Source: a virus. Taken from it: DNA of 64,000 nucleotides. The translations under genes were made by a program, and so were the position numbers. The stretch lies in IMG/VR virus record IMGVR_UViG_3300050026_000261, positions 4,703 through 68,702 of that record, one strand, 5' to 3'. The notes under the pieces were generated by a model. The model did not search any database. It worked only from the letters and a program-made list of their open reading frames with translations, and was not told the origin of the DNA. Positions 46,425-55,584 of the stretch are shown piece by piece (the stretch's first letter is position 1; every line of letters starts with the position of its first letter).

Positions 46425-48022
46425 TGATGGCTGAGATCAAGCAGATCTACATACGGGACTTTCAGAGCCACGAAACAACCATCTTGGAGCCGGCACCGGC
46501 AGGCCAGCTCACGTGCATAATCGGTCCATCCGATAGCGGAAAAACGGCGATTCTCAGGGCGCTGCGCTGGCTGTTCTATAACACGCCCCAGGGTACTGAC
46601 TTCATCCGGGTAGGCCGGAATGCAGCCAATGTGACCGTCTGCTATACCGATGGGCAAGTGGTGACCCGGGCACGTAGCCACAAAGGATTTAACCGCTATG
46701 TCATCGGAGCAGAACCGGCAACGGATGCAAATAAGTTCGAGGGATTCGGCACTACCGTCCCGCTCGAGGTCCAGCAGATCACTGGTATCAGGCCGGTTGA
46801 GATTGGCGATATGACACTGCTGATTAACCTAGCTGATCAACTCAGTGGGCCCTTCCTTGGCTCCTCAGTATCTGCCCCGGCCCGCGCCAAAGTCCTGGGC
46901 AAGCTGGCCGGGACAGAGGAAGTAGACGCTGCCGCCAAATCAACCGGCACTGACCTGTATCGCAGAAGGCAGGATGAGAAGCGGCTGGGCGAGGATGTTG
47001 CGAGATTGCAGGAAGCGATTGGCAAGTATGCCTATTTGGTGGAACTGGGCGAAAAGATTGAGCAGGCAGAGGCTTTGCTGGCCGGGATCAAACAAAACAG
47101 TGAGCGGGTAGAAAAGCTGAAAAAGCTACGGGATGAGCGGGCGCAAATCGAGTACCAATGGAACAAAATGATCCAGTTAATCCTGCGTCTGACCAGTGTT
47201 ATCACTATATCTGAGCCTTTCATCACCAATTCTGCCCGGATGATTGACCTGCGCACCAAACTGCAAAAGGCCGGCAATGAACTTGCCCTGATTGATGGTC
47301 AGATCAAAGACGTGCAGCACGTTCTCGCCATCACATGCCAGATTGAAGAGGCTGGGGTCATACATGCTCAGATAGCCGCAAATGCTGCTCGGCTTACCCA
47401 TCTAAAAGGCATTAATGACCGCTGGAGTGCCGTTTGTGACAAGTTGGGTAAGGCCACCTACATTCTGGCCTTTGGCACCGGTTGGGTTCCCGAGGCCGAA
47501 ATCCTGCTCACCAGTACAGTTAAGCAGGATACCCGGTACACCTATCTGCATGGCCGCAGGGAAGCCCTGAGCATGGTTGACTTCTACCTGAATAGTGCTC
47601 AGAGAACGCTGGATGCAACGCAGGGTGTCGACCAGGCATACCTGTTGGCCACAGCAGTACAGGGTAACATGGACAAACTAAAGACGCTCAGCGGGGCAAT
47701 TGAGAGGTATGACAACTGCATACGAGAGATCATCCTGCAAGATATGAGCCTCAGCAGGCTGGCCGGGATTGACGAGGCGACCATTGTCCTGGACCACATC
47801 AAAGAACAGGTTTTCACATCTCGGCAACTGCGCTACCTGAGTCTGCAAATAGGCAAAGAGGGATTGCAAGGCAAGCTCGATGAGTGTGGGCGGATGATCG
47901 TTTACTTCGCTGCCAGCGAGAAAACCCTGTCCAAGGATTACAGAGAAACTCTGCTGGATGCCGGGGTTTGCCCGGTGTGCGGATCACAAATCACCAAAGA
48001 AAACTTAGAGGAGGCTGTCTGA
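46424..48022 (+). CDS. SbcC/Rad50-like ATPase, N-terminal half ending in the Zn hook
   Basis: DFQSH, Walker A GPSDSGKTAILRAL, coiled coil, terminal CPVCG; no Walker B. Confidence 0.85.
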   Translation: MMAEIKQIYIRDFQSHETTILEPAPAGQLTCIIGPSDSGKTAILRALRWLFYNTPQGTDFIRVGRNAANVTVCYTDGQVVTRARSHKGFNRYVIGAEPATDANKFEGFGTTVPLEVQQITGIRPVEIGDMTLLINLADQLSGPFLGSSVSAPARAKVLGKLAGTEEVDAAAKSTGTDLYRRRQDEKRLGEDVARLQEAIGKYAYLVELGEKIEQAEALLAGIKQNSERVEKLKKLRDERAQIEYQWNKMIQLILRLTSVITISEPFITNSARMIDLRTKLQKAGNELALIDGQIKDVQHVLAITCQIEEAGVIHAQIAANAARLTHLKGINDRWSAVCDKLGKATYILAFGTGWVPEAEILLTSTVKQDTRYTYLHGRREALSMVDFYLNSAQRTLDATQGVDQAYLLATAVQGNMDKLKTLSGAIERYDNCIREIILQDMSLSRLAGIDEATIVLDHIKEQVFTSRQLRYLSLQIGKEGLQGKLDECGRMIVYFAASEKTLSKDYRETLLDAGVCPVCGSQITKENLEEAV

Positions 48023-48023
48023 T

Positions 48024-48284
48024 ATGCCAGAGACCAACAATTACGCCGCAAGGTTGGAGAGCCTGAAAGGTTCCATCGACCGCGCAAGAACCGACCGGGC
48101 AAAGGCCGAGGCCACCAAGGAGCAACTGGAAAAGCAGCAGGAAGCAATTTTGAGCGAAATACGGGCGCTGGGCGTGGAGCCGGATCAGTTGGATACGGTG
48201 ATCACGGAACTGGAGACGGGGATTGAGGCGGATCTTGGGAAACTCGATGAATTAATTCCCCAGGAATATCGGGTCAGGGGGTAA
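48024..48284 (+). CDS. Coiled-coil protein of the split SbcC module
   Basis: Heptad-rich, LGVEPDQL motif; SD GAGGAGG. Confidence 0.65.
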   Translation: MPETNNYAARLESLKGSIDRARTDRAKAEATKEQLEKQQEAILSEIRALGVEPDQLDTVITELETGIEADLGKLDELIPQEYRVRG

Positions 48285-48631
48285 TGGCCATGACACCAAC
48301 ACGCGAACAAGTAATTAAACGACTGCTAGAACTACCCATAGAGATTCAGAGCGCAGAGTCAGATCTAATCCGGGTACGGCAAAAATATGATGATGCTCAG
48401 TTTATAGCGGAGGCCAAAGCAGCAGAGTTGATATCAAATGGAACCGTAACACCAGAACCGGGTGGTATGCGAGATGCTCAGCTTAACCAGCTATTAAAAG
48501 CTGAGCAAAATGAGCTTCGCCTGCTTAATGCGGCTATTCCGTCCCATGAATCGGCAGCCGGCCGAAAGCGTAATGAGTTCAGGGCTTACCAGGCAATAAC
48601 GAGGATTGTGGAGCGTGATCCCGATGCTTGA
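48284..48631 (+). CDS. Helical hypothetical protein
   Basis: Start overlaps the previous stop; heptad-rich. Confidence 0.55.
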   Translation: MAMTPTREQVIKRLLELPIEIQSAESDLIRVRQKYDDAQFIAEAKAAELISNGTVTPEPGGMRDAQLNQLLKAEQNELRLLNAAIPSHESAAGRKRNEFRAYQAITRIVERDPDA

Positions 48632-49265
48632 CACCTATGATTCCGCCCTCACCGCAATGCGCACCCGCTACAACACCGGCATAGGCCAGCGTGACCTGCT
48701 GCAGCAGCAGCTAAACGATGTCCAGGCTGAGTTGCTCCAGGCAAAGCAGGACATCGTAACCTGGGAGCAGACACAGCTATTGTTGGGCAAGGTTTCAGAT
48801 TATGCCCGTACTCAAATTCTCGAAAGAATCCAAAACACCGTTTCTGCCGCCCTGTATGCCGTATTTGGCGAGGGGTACGAGTTCAGAATCAACATGCGCA
48901 CGGTGGGCAACCAGGCGGCGGCGGAGTGGCAGGTAGTGAGCCAGTATGGGGATACGGAAGTGGTATGCAGCCCGGAGGATTCCAGGGGTGGCGGAATCGT
49001 CGATGTCGTCTCCTTGGCGCTCAGATTAGCAATGCTGGAACTTTTAAGACCGCGAGTAGACGGGCCACTTATCTTGGATGAACCTGCGAAAATGGTCAGC
49101 CAAACTTATCTGCCGAATGTAGCCTACTTTCTAAAACAATACGCTCGGCAAACGGGTCGTCAAATTCTATTAGTGACACATGCCGACTCCCTGGCTGAAG
49201 TGGCCGACAGAAGCTACCTGGTCACTCAGAAGGACGGCATCTCGGAGGTGAAGCAGCTATCATGA
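48624..49265 (+). CDS. SbcC/Rad50-like ATPase, C-terminal half
   Basis: Signature SRGGG, Walker B LILDEP, H-loop LVTH. Confidence 0.85.
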   Translation: MLDTYDSALTAMRTRYNTGIGQRDLLQQQLNDVQAELLQAKQDIVTWEQTQLLLGKVSDYARTQILERIQNTVSAALYAVFGEGYEFRINMRTVGNQAAAEWQVVSQYGDTEVVCSPEDSRGGGIVDVVSLALRLAMLELLRPRVDGPLILDEPAKMVSQTYLPNVAYFLKQYARQTGRQILLVTHADSLAEVADRSYLVTQKDGISEVKQLS

Positions 49266-50248
49266 TCCGTCTACTGTACATAGGAGATGTTCACTACAGG
49301 GGCAATTCTCCTCGTGCCCGGCTCGATAGCTACCCCGACGCTATCAAGGCTAAGCTCAGGGAATGCTGGAGCCTCGCTGCCCAAAACAACTGCCAGGCCG
49401 TGATCTGCCCCGGGGATCTGCTGGATTCTCCGGACCCTGATTATTCCGTAACCGGGGAACTGGCGGCAGTGTTAAGGGAATGTCCGGTGCCGTTCTATAC
49501 CTGCATCGGCAACCACGAAATTTACGGTTATAGCCAGTCGACGGTACCCCGGACAGCCCTGGGGCTGCTGGCGAGGATCGGGGCAGTGAAGCTACTTACA
49601 AGAGTACCAGTGGTGATCGATGATGCGGCCAACTCGGTGTATTTAACCGGTCAGGGCTACCACGCAGACATGGACCGCAGCCAGGCCGACTACCAAACAG
49701 GGCTAAGTACAGAATTATGCGGCTGGAGAGTGCATGTCGTCCACGGAATGCTGGTGGAGAAACCGTTGCCCTATGAAGCGCCGCACACCCTTGTCAAAGA
49801 CCTCAAGAGCGATGCAGATGTGGTTTTAGCAGGGCATGAGCATATTGGATTTGGCTATCTCAGATCTAAAAACAACGCTGCCTGCATCAACCCTGGGGCA
49901 CTGGGGAGGGTCAATGCCAAGATCGAGGAGATGTACCGCCCGATCCAAGTGGCATTGCTTACATTCACTTCGGATTGTCAGCCAATAACTGTTGATCTCA
50001 TCCCCCTCTCCTGCGCCCGCCCAGGCTCAGAAGTGCTATCCCGTGAGCACATAGAGCAGCAGATTCAAAGGGAGGACCGCACATCAAGATTCCTTTCCCT
50101 ATTAGCATCAGAGGGCGAATCCCGCTTCCTCGAAGTCGCTGATATAGTCGACGACATTGCCCGGCGGGATGCGTTGCCGGTTGCTGTGACCCAGGATGCT
50201 TTAAGGCGGATTGGGTTGGCTCGGGAGCTCCTGGGGAGGAGCGCATAG
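49262..50248 (+). CDS. SbcD/Mre11-like metallophosphoesterase nuclease
   Basis: GDVH, GDLLD, GNHE, VHG, GHEH, NPGALGR. Confidence 0.9.
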   Translation: MIRLLYIGDVHYRGNSPRARLDSYPDAIKAKLRECWSLAAQNNCQAVICPGDLLDSPDPDYSVTGELAAVLRECPVPFYTCIGNHEIYGYSQSTVPRTALGLLARIGAVKLLTRVPVVIDDAANSVYLTGQGYHADMDRSQADYQTGLSTELCGWRVHVVHGMLVEKPLPYEAPHTLVKDLKSDADVVLAGHEHIGFGYLRSKNNAACINPGALGRVNAKIEEMYRPIQVALLTFTSDCQPITVDLIPLSCARPGSEVLSREHIEQQIQREDRTSRFLSLLASEGESRFLEVADIVDDIARRDALPVAVTQDALRRIGLARELLGRSA

Positions 50249-50427
50249 AGATGCCTGGCTCAAATATCCTAAAACTTCGGATGCGGATGGAGTCATTGCG
50301 GATTTTGTTACTGCGGACGGGGGAGCAACTAGGGCTGGATCACCCGGACACTTTGAGGATAAGTCAACGATTTGACAGGGCGCATAGTCAGTTTGAAATA
50401 GCGAAGAGGGAAGCGGGGTAGGGGAAA

Positions 50428-52929
50428 ATGGAGAAACTGAATATTTATACATCGAACCGCATAATTATGCATATGCCCAAGGGCGCTCTCTCACAAAGCA
50501 CCAACGATTTCCTATCCGTGGTCAAAAGTGAGAACACGATCCCCAACCCCGCCTACCAGGAGGCGCAGAAACGGGGCCGGTGGCTAGGCAGAATCTCATC
50601 TGTGATCCCATTGGTGCAGATCGAGCCGCACGGCATATCGTTGCCCAGGGGCTATGCTTATAGGCTGCTGCAGTTGGCAAAGCATTTCGGGGTGGAGTAT
50701 TGCTTTGAGGATGTGCGCAGGGAATTGCCCATGGTGCTGTACCGGTCAAAAATTCAGCTCAGACCATATCAGAAAATAGCGGTCGAGGGGATGCTAAAGG
50801 GCACCCAGGGCGTTTTGGTCAGCCCCGCCGGCAGCGGAAAAACCGAATCCATGCTTGAGGTAATCGCCCGGGTGGGGCAACCTGCTATCTGGCTCACCCA
50901 TACCAAGGAACTGGCAGAACAGGCGGCGGCCAGGGCAGAGTCTCGCTTAGGTATCCTCCGGAGCGAGATCGGCATGATCGGTGATGGAACTTACCGTGTA
51001 GGGGAAATGCTGACCATTGGCATCTTGCAGACACTCTGCCGGATGGATCTGAAAAAACTGGCCGGGTTGTTTGGTTTATTGATGCTAGATGAATGCTTCC
51101 CAGCAGGAACGCTGATTGATGGAAAACCCATTGAATCTATCAAACTAGGAAATGTTGTTACTGCTTGGGATGAGCGCAATCAGCAAGTAACTCAAGGCAT
51201 TGTTGCTGAAACGCTTAAAAGAAGAGCCCCATCTTTGTTGGTTCGCGTTCATGCTAGCGGCAAAAATGTAGTCTGCACCCCAAACCATCCATTCTTAACG
51301 AAAGATGGCTGGAGAGAAGCAATTGGCCTAAATCTAGGAGAGGAGTTGCTTTATGAAGCCTGTTCTGAAGGCATGCCCGAAGTGTGGCAAAGTAAGGATG
51401 ACAAGCCCGGAATCAGAATTATGCAAAAAATGCAGGGGAGAAACAACTCGATACAACAACAGAGTGTTTGCTCTTTGCAGTTGTTGCAAAAGAATTGTTG
51501 TAATTTCGGAAAAAGTGAAAAGAGATCAGTTTCGGGATACGGGGCTAATTTATTGTTCGGAACAATGCAAGAAAGCATACCTGCACGAAGTCAATTCCAG
51601 GACCATGACCAAAACCAACAAGAAGTACGGTTCGGCCATGATGGCCAACAGAGATCCACATTTGACACCGGAAACGAGGGCCAAACTGAGTGCTTCCCTC
51701 AAAGCCAGGGGATGGAAGCCACCAATTCAGGGCGGCAATGGTCGAGGGCTAACAGTGCCGCAAGCCAGTCTTGCCAGCGTCTTGAACTGGCCAACAGAAC
51801 TAATAGTTCCAACGAAGATAAAGAGACCCAGCAGATATCCGACCTGTTACAAGATCGACATTGCCAATTCAGGGTTGAGGATCGGAATAGAGATCGATGG
51901 CCACTCTCATTCTGCCCGCAAACTCCTCGATCAGAAGAAGGATACCTTCCTGTCTGGCTTAGGGTGGACAATATTGAGATTCTCCAACCAGGTAGTGACG
52001 GAACATTTGGAGGATTGTGTCCAGATGGTCATGTCTACAATTTCGAAGTTGCAGACTACCACACCTACACAGCAAACGGGTTCATAGTTCACAACTGTGC
52101 GCATTGCCCAGCCGAAACCTATGCAGCAGTGGTTGACCAGTTCCCCGCCCGGTGGCGCTATGGATGCTCCGCGCAAATTGTCCGGTCAGATGGTTTAGAA
52201 GTGCTTACTGAGCGTTTCATCGGCCCCATTCTGCACACTGTACCAAGGACAGCAGTTGAACTGTCGGGTGGCGTCATAGTACCCCGGCTAAGAACCATAA
52301 AAACTGAAACAGTTTCAGAAAGTTTCAGCCAGCATGTGAAAAGAACAGAAGAATGGGAACGCCTTTGCGGGGAAGCCCGGTTAAACAATACCAGAGAGCC
52401 AAGGAAGCCGCAAATGAACTACAACGCAATTATGAGCGACGTAATCAACGACTCTGAACGCAATCACCTGATCATCCAGACATTGATCCAAGAGTGCCCG
52501 GGACATTTTTCACTAGTTTTAAGCGAAAGAGTCGATCATTGCCAAGGGTTGAACGCTATTTTACAACAGACATTTCCTGAATTAAGATCGGACATTGTTC
52601 ATGGCAAACTAGCGGCCAAGAAGCGGGAAACAGTAATTGAAAGTATGAAAAGTGGAAATCTGGATGTACTGTTCGCCGTTGACCTGGCAAAAGAGGGGCT
52701 GGACATCCCCCGGCTGGACAGGCTGTTCTTGGTGGCCGGGGGGAACAACGAAGCCGAGACTGAGCAGAAGGTTGGACGGATACAAAGAGGATTTAGCGGA
52801 AAGAGAGATGCGTTTGTGTTTGATTTTGTGGATGAATGTATCCCGGTGCTGGCAGCGCAGTTTTGGACGCGGAAGAAGGTGTACCAGAGGTTAGGGATGA
52901 TCGGGAATAGGGAAAGGCAGGTGGGGTAG
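50428..52929 (+). CDS. SF2 (UvsW/ResIII-like) helicase containing an intein
   Basis: LRPYQ, SPAGSGKT, DE|intein|CAH, KEGLDIPRL, QKVGRIQR, FDFVD. Confidence 0.92.
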   Translation: MEKLNIYTSNRIIMHMPKGALSQSTNDFLSVVKSENTIPNPAYQEAQKRGRWLGRISSVIPLVQIEPHGISLPRGYAYRLLQLAKHFGVEYCFEDVRRELPMVLYRSKIQLRPYQKIAVEGMLKGTQGVLVSPAGSGKTESMLEVIARVGQPAIWLTHTKELAEQAAARAESRLGILRSEIGMIGDGTYRVGEMLTIGILQTLCRMDLKKLAGLFGLLMLDECFPAGTLIDGKPIESIKLGNVVTAWDERNQQVTQGIVAETLKRRAPSLLVRVHASGKNVVCTPNHPFLTKDGWREAIGLNLGEELLYEACSEGMPEVWQSKDDKPGIRIMQKMQGRNNSIQQQSVCSLQLLQKNCCNFGKSEKRSVSGYGANLLFGTMQESIPARSQFQDHDQNQQEVRFGHDGQQRSTFDTGNEGQTECFPQSQGMEATNSGRQWSRANSAASQSCQRLELANRTNSSNEDKETQQISDLLQDRHCQFRVEDRNRDRWPLSFCPQTPRSEEGYLPVWLRVDNIEILQPGSDGTFGGLCPDGHVYNFEVADYHTYTANGFIVHNCAHCPAETYAAVVDQFPARWRYGCSAQIVRSDGLEVLTERFIGPILHTVPRTAVELSGGVIVPRLRTIKTETVSESFSQHVKRTEEWERLCGEARLNNTREPRKPQMNYNAIMSDVINDSERNHLIIQTLIQECPGHFSLVLSERVDHCQGLNAILQQTFPELRSDIVHGKLAAKKRETVIESMKSGNLDVLFAVDLAKEGLDIPRLDRLFLVAGGNNEAETEQKVGRIQRGFSGKRDAFVFDFVDECIPVLAAQFWTRKKVYQRLGMIGNRERQVG
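51094..52095 (+). mobile_element. Intein (334 aa) inserted in helicase motif II
   Basis: Block A CFPAGTLI, block B CTPNHPFLT, blocks F/G VYNFEVADYHTYTANGFIVHN followed by +1 Cys. Confidence 0.95.
51353..52087 (+). CDS. Zn-finger + DUF559/Vsr-like endonuclease nested in the intein in the +1 frame
   Basis: SD AGGAG 7 nt before ATG; CPKC, CKKC, CSCC, YCSEQC; YKIDIA...IGIEIDGHSH...DQKKDTFL..LGWTILRFSN. Confidence 0.85.
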   Translation: MKPVLKACPKCGKVRMTSPESELCKKCRGETTRYNNRVFALCSCCKRIVVISEKVKRDQFRDTGLIYCSEQCKKAYLHEVNSRTMTKTNKKYGSAMMANRDPHLTPETRAKLSASLKARGWKPPIQGGNGRGLTVPQASLASVLNWPTELIVPTKIKRPSRYPTCYKIDIANSGLRIGIEIDGHSHSARKLLDQKKDTFLSGLGWTILRFSNQVVTEHLEDCVQMVMSTISKLQTTTPTQQTGS

Positions 52930-53165
52930 GGTGGCTCTGTGTGCCTGTGGCTGCGGCCAGGAAACAAAGCCAGGCAATCATTATATCAATCACCATTCAT
53001 GGCGAGACAAAGGTTTCCTGTTCGTAAAATCACCACTAGAGGATGCGGATATAGTGTCAATTCGCAGACGTCAACAGAGTTACAGGAATCGCAGTTATGA
53101 CACCCGTAACAGATGCGGGACGGGGACACGGTTGTTTGGGCAGGTTTGAAAGATGGTGAATTAAA

Positions 53166-53597
53166 TTGACCGAATCTCAGATCAAAGACTTCGCAACCAA
53201 AAACCTATTTCATGGCTATGACTTCGTTACAGCCGAGATGGGGCCGTACCACTCACAAATTAGATTTGATCTAATTGGGATCCGGCGAAGCAAAAGGATA
53301 GTCCGAATTTTCGAGGTCAAAACATCCAGATCGGATTTCTTAGCGGATAAGAAATGGAGTAAATATCTGCAATTCGCGACACATTTTTATTTCATTGCCC
53401 CTGTTGGGGTAATCAAACCGGAGGAACTGGATCAAAGGGTTGGGCTGATCGAACTAGCAGAGGTTGGAAAGGGGTATTTCAGGTATAACTTTGTAAAACG
53501 GTGCAAGAAGCTGCCGGATTTATCTATGGAGTGCTATATCCAACTAATCGAAGCAATCGCTTGGCGGCAATGGCAAACAAATAGGCAGGTGGTCTAG
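53166..53597 (+). CDS. MmcB-like PD-(D/E)xK nuclease
   Basis: RFDLIG...IFEVKTSRSDFLADKKW..YL.F...FYF..P. Confidence 0.8.
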   Translation: MTESQIKDFATKNLFHGYDFVTAEMGPYHSQIRFDLIGIRRSKRIVRIFEVKTSRSDFLADKKWSKYLQFATHFYFIAPVGVIKPEELDQRVGLIELAEVGKGYFRYNFVKRCKKLPDLSMECYIQLIEAIAWRQWQTNRQVV

Positions 53598-53869
53598 CAT
53601 TGGTCACGTAAAACGCACCTGCGACTCTTGCATGGCGGTTACATTCTCATCCTATGACCACCGCAACGAGGATCGCGTCAGATGCACCCGGTGCGGTCAA
53701 TGGATAGACAATATTCATTGGCGACCGGTTCAGCAGATAGAACAAGTAGAGACACCGATTATTGAGGCGCAAAGCCTCTATAAAAAAACCATTGAAGCCC
53801 AAAATGTGGAGAATGTCCCATCCTATCTTACTCAGAGGAAACAAATTCTATGCACGGAGGCGAAACAAA

Positions 53870-54643
53870 ATGCCGGACAACCAGACGGACAACCAATTAA
53901 ACGAGGATCAGGAAAACATCCAAGAAGAAAACACCATGATCGAGCCGGAAAGCGGCCCAACAGAGGATACAGCAGGCGACATCCCATTCAGTAATACTCC
54001 GACCCCGGTCACCAAGATTCTGGTGATCCCAGACTGGTACGGTCAATACGTGATCAGAGATCAGTTCCGGCCCATTGCTGACGCCCTGGTCAAGAAGTAT
54101 GAAGAATTGAAGCACATCCAAACCAATTCAATATTGTTTGTCTCGAACACGACAGGCAAAGGCGCTGACAAGGACCGGCACAAACTGGCGCAAATCGCCA
54201 CAATTCCAGCCAAGTGGACGGAGATCCTGTATCAGTTCACAGGCGGAAACTTTACCTATCTGATGGAGTTCTTTGCCGCTAATATTCACCACTTGAAAAG
54301 GGAGCAATACATCGCCCTGATCTACCACGAACTCAGGCATATAGGGCATGATGGGAAACTGGTGCATCACGACATCGAGGATTGGAGCAGGATGATCAGC
54401 GCCTTGGGGATCGATTGGAGCGGCTGTAAAGACGAGGGCGATTTCCCAGACCTGCTGGACGAAGATTTGGACTGGGACAGATTGATCGGGCAACAAAAAA
54501 GGCAAATGAACCTCGAAGATGCCCGGTCGACATATGCCCGGCTGCATGATCAGATAGAGGGGCTTCTGCCGGATGGCGTTGACAGTATGACGATCAGTAC
54601 TGGAGATGGGGTGCCTGGGCAACGGTTAACGCTGGTGAGGTAA
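53870..54643 (+). CDS. Putative phage metallopeptidase
   Basis: ALIYHELRHI (HExxH) and HDIEDW; SD GGAGG before ATG 53870. Confidence 0.75.
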   Translation: MPDNQTDNQLNEDQENIQEENTMIEPESGPTEDTAGDIPFSNTPTPVTKILVIPDWYGQYVIRDQFRPIADALVKKYEELKHIQTNSILFVSNTTGKGADKDRHKLAQIATIPAKWTEILYQFTGGNFTYLMEFFAANIHHLKREQYIALIYHELRHIGHDGKLVHHDIEDWSRMISALGIDWSGCKDEGDFPDLLDEDLDWDRLIGQQKRQMNLEDARSTYARLHDQIEGLLPDGVDSMTISTGDGVPGQRLTLVR

Positions 54644-54712
54644 GGAAAATCCCAGTTAAAAAGAGACTCCCGCGGAAGAAGATGCCGTTTTAGGTCAAGG
54701 TAAATAAACCGT

Positions 54713-54800
54713 TGCGGGGCGGCTCAGACAGGCAAGCCTGGCCAGCCTGCCGATTGTGGTGATCTGTTAAGCAGGGTTCGATTCCCTGCCCGCCCCCGCA
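54713..54800 (+). ncRNA. tRNA-like RNA with a canonical T-arm but non-canonical D/anticodon region
   Basis: TGCGGGGCGG/CCGCCCCCGCA closing stem; GCAGGG-TTCGATT-CCCTGC; no CCA and no clear anticodon arm. Confidence 0.45.
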
Positions 54801-54825
54801 CAATTTTGAAGGGAGATGCGAGAAG

Positions 54826-55584
54826 ATGGCAGTTGCAATGATTAAGGCGTCATCGGATGTTTTGGAAGTTTTGGATCATGCAGAGGTGCAGGGCAATGTC
54901 CTATATCTCAGAAGTGCCCAACTTGATCGCAAGCTCTATACCGATACCAACAAAGTCCTAGAAGCAATGGGCGGCAAGTGGAACCGCAAACAGGGCGGCC
55001 ATGTCTTTGAATCTGACCCATCAGAACTGCTCTGCATGGTCAGGGAGACCGGCGAGATCATCGACATTAAGAAATCCTACCAGGCATTTTACACACCGCC
55101 AGAGCGGGCTGCTCATTTGGTCGAACTGGCAGATATCGGTCCCGGCATCGACGTGCTGGAACCATCTGCTGGCGTAGGGAACATAGCCGACGAACTGATC
55201 AAAACGGAGTGCGATCTATCCGTGATCGAGATCCGGCCAGATAGCCAACTGACTCTTCAAAAGAAAGGATACAACCTGATCGGCGGCGATTTCTTGGTAT
55301 ACAACGAAAGGCAGTTCTCCCGCATAGTGATGAACCCGCCATTCACCCGGCAGCAGGACATCGACCACGTAACCCATGCCTGGAGCCTGCTAAAGCCTGG
55401 CGGTCGTCTGGTGGCAATCATGAGCAGCAGCACAGTGCACAGAGAGAATCGCAAGGCTCAACAATTCCGAGGTCTTCTCGACTATGGCTGGTACGAAGAG
55501 AACGAGGACGATGCTTTCAAAGCAAGCGGCACAACGGCCAAAACGATAACGGTTGTTCTGGACAAGCCGGGGGACAGTGCTTAA
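54826..55584 (+). CDS. Amino (N6-adenine-type) methyltransferase
   Basis: FYTP, VLEPSAGVG, IVMNPPF, LKPGGRLVAI. Confidence 0.85.
   Translation: MAVAMIKASSDVLEVLDHAEVQGNVLYLRSAQLDRKLYTDTNKVLEAMGGKWNRKQGGHVFESDPSELLCMVRETGEIIDIKKSYQAFYTPPERAAHLVELADIGPGIDVLEPSAGVGNIADELIKTECDLSVIEIRPDSQLTLQKKGYNLIGGDFLVYNERQFSRIVMNPPFTRQQDIDHVTHAWSLLKPGGRLVAIMSSSTVHRENRKAQQFRGLLDYGWYEENEDDAFKASGTTAKTITVVLDKPGDSA

Noticed and set aside
53632-53994. ORF overlapping the metallopeptidase as a second dual-coding case
   Set aside because: The overlap covers only the acidic low-complexity N-terminus, no motifs in the overlapping part and a weak RBS; more likely stop-loss or a spurious extension
54713-54800. Canonical tRNA gene
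   Set aside because: No proper D arm or 7-nt anticodon loop and no CCA; kept only as tRNA-like
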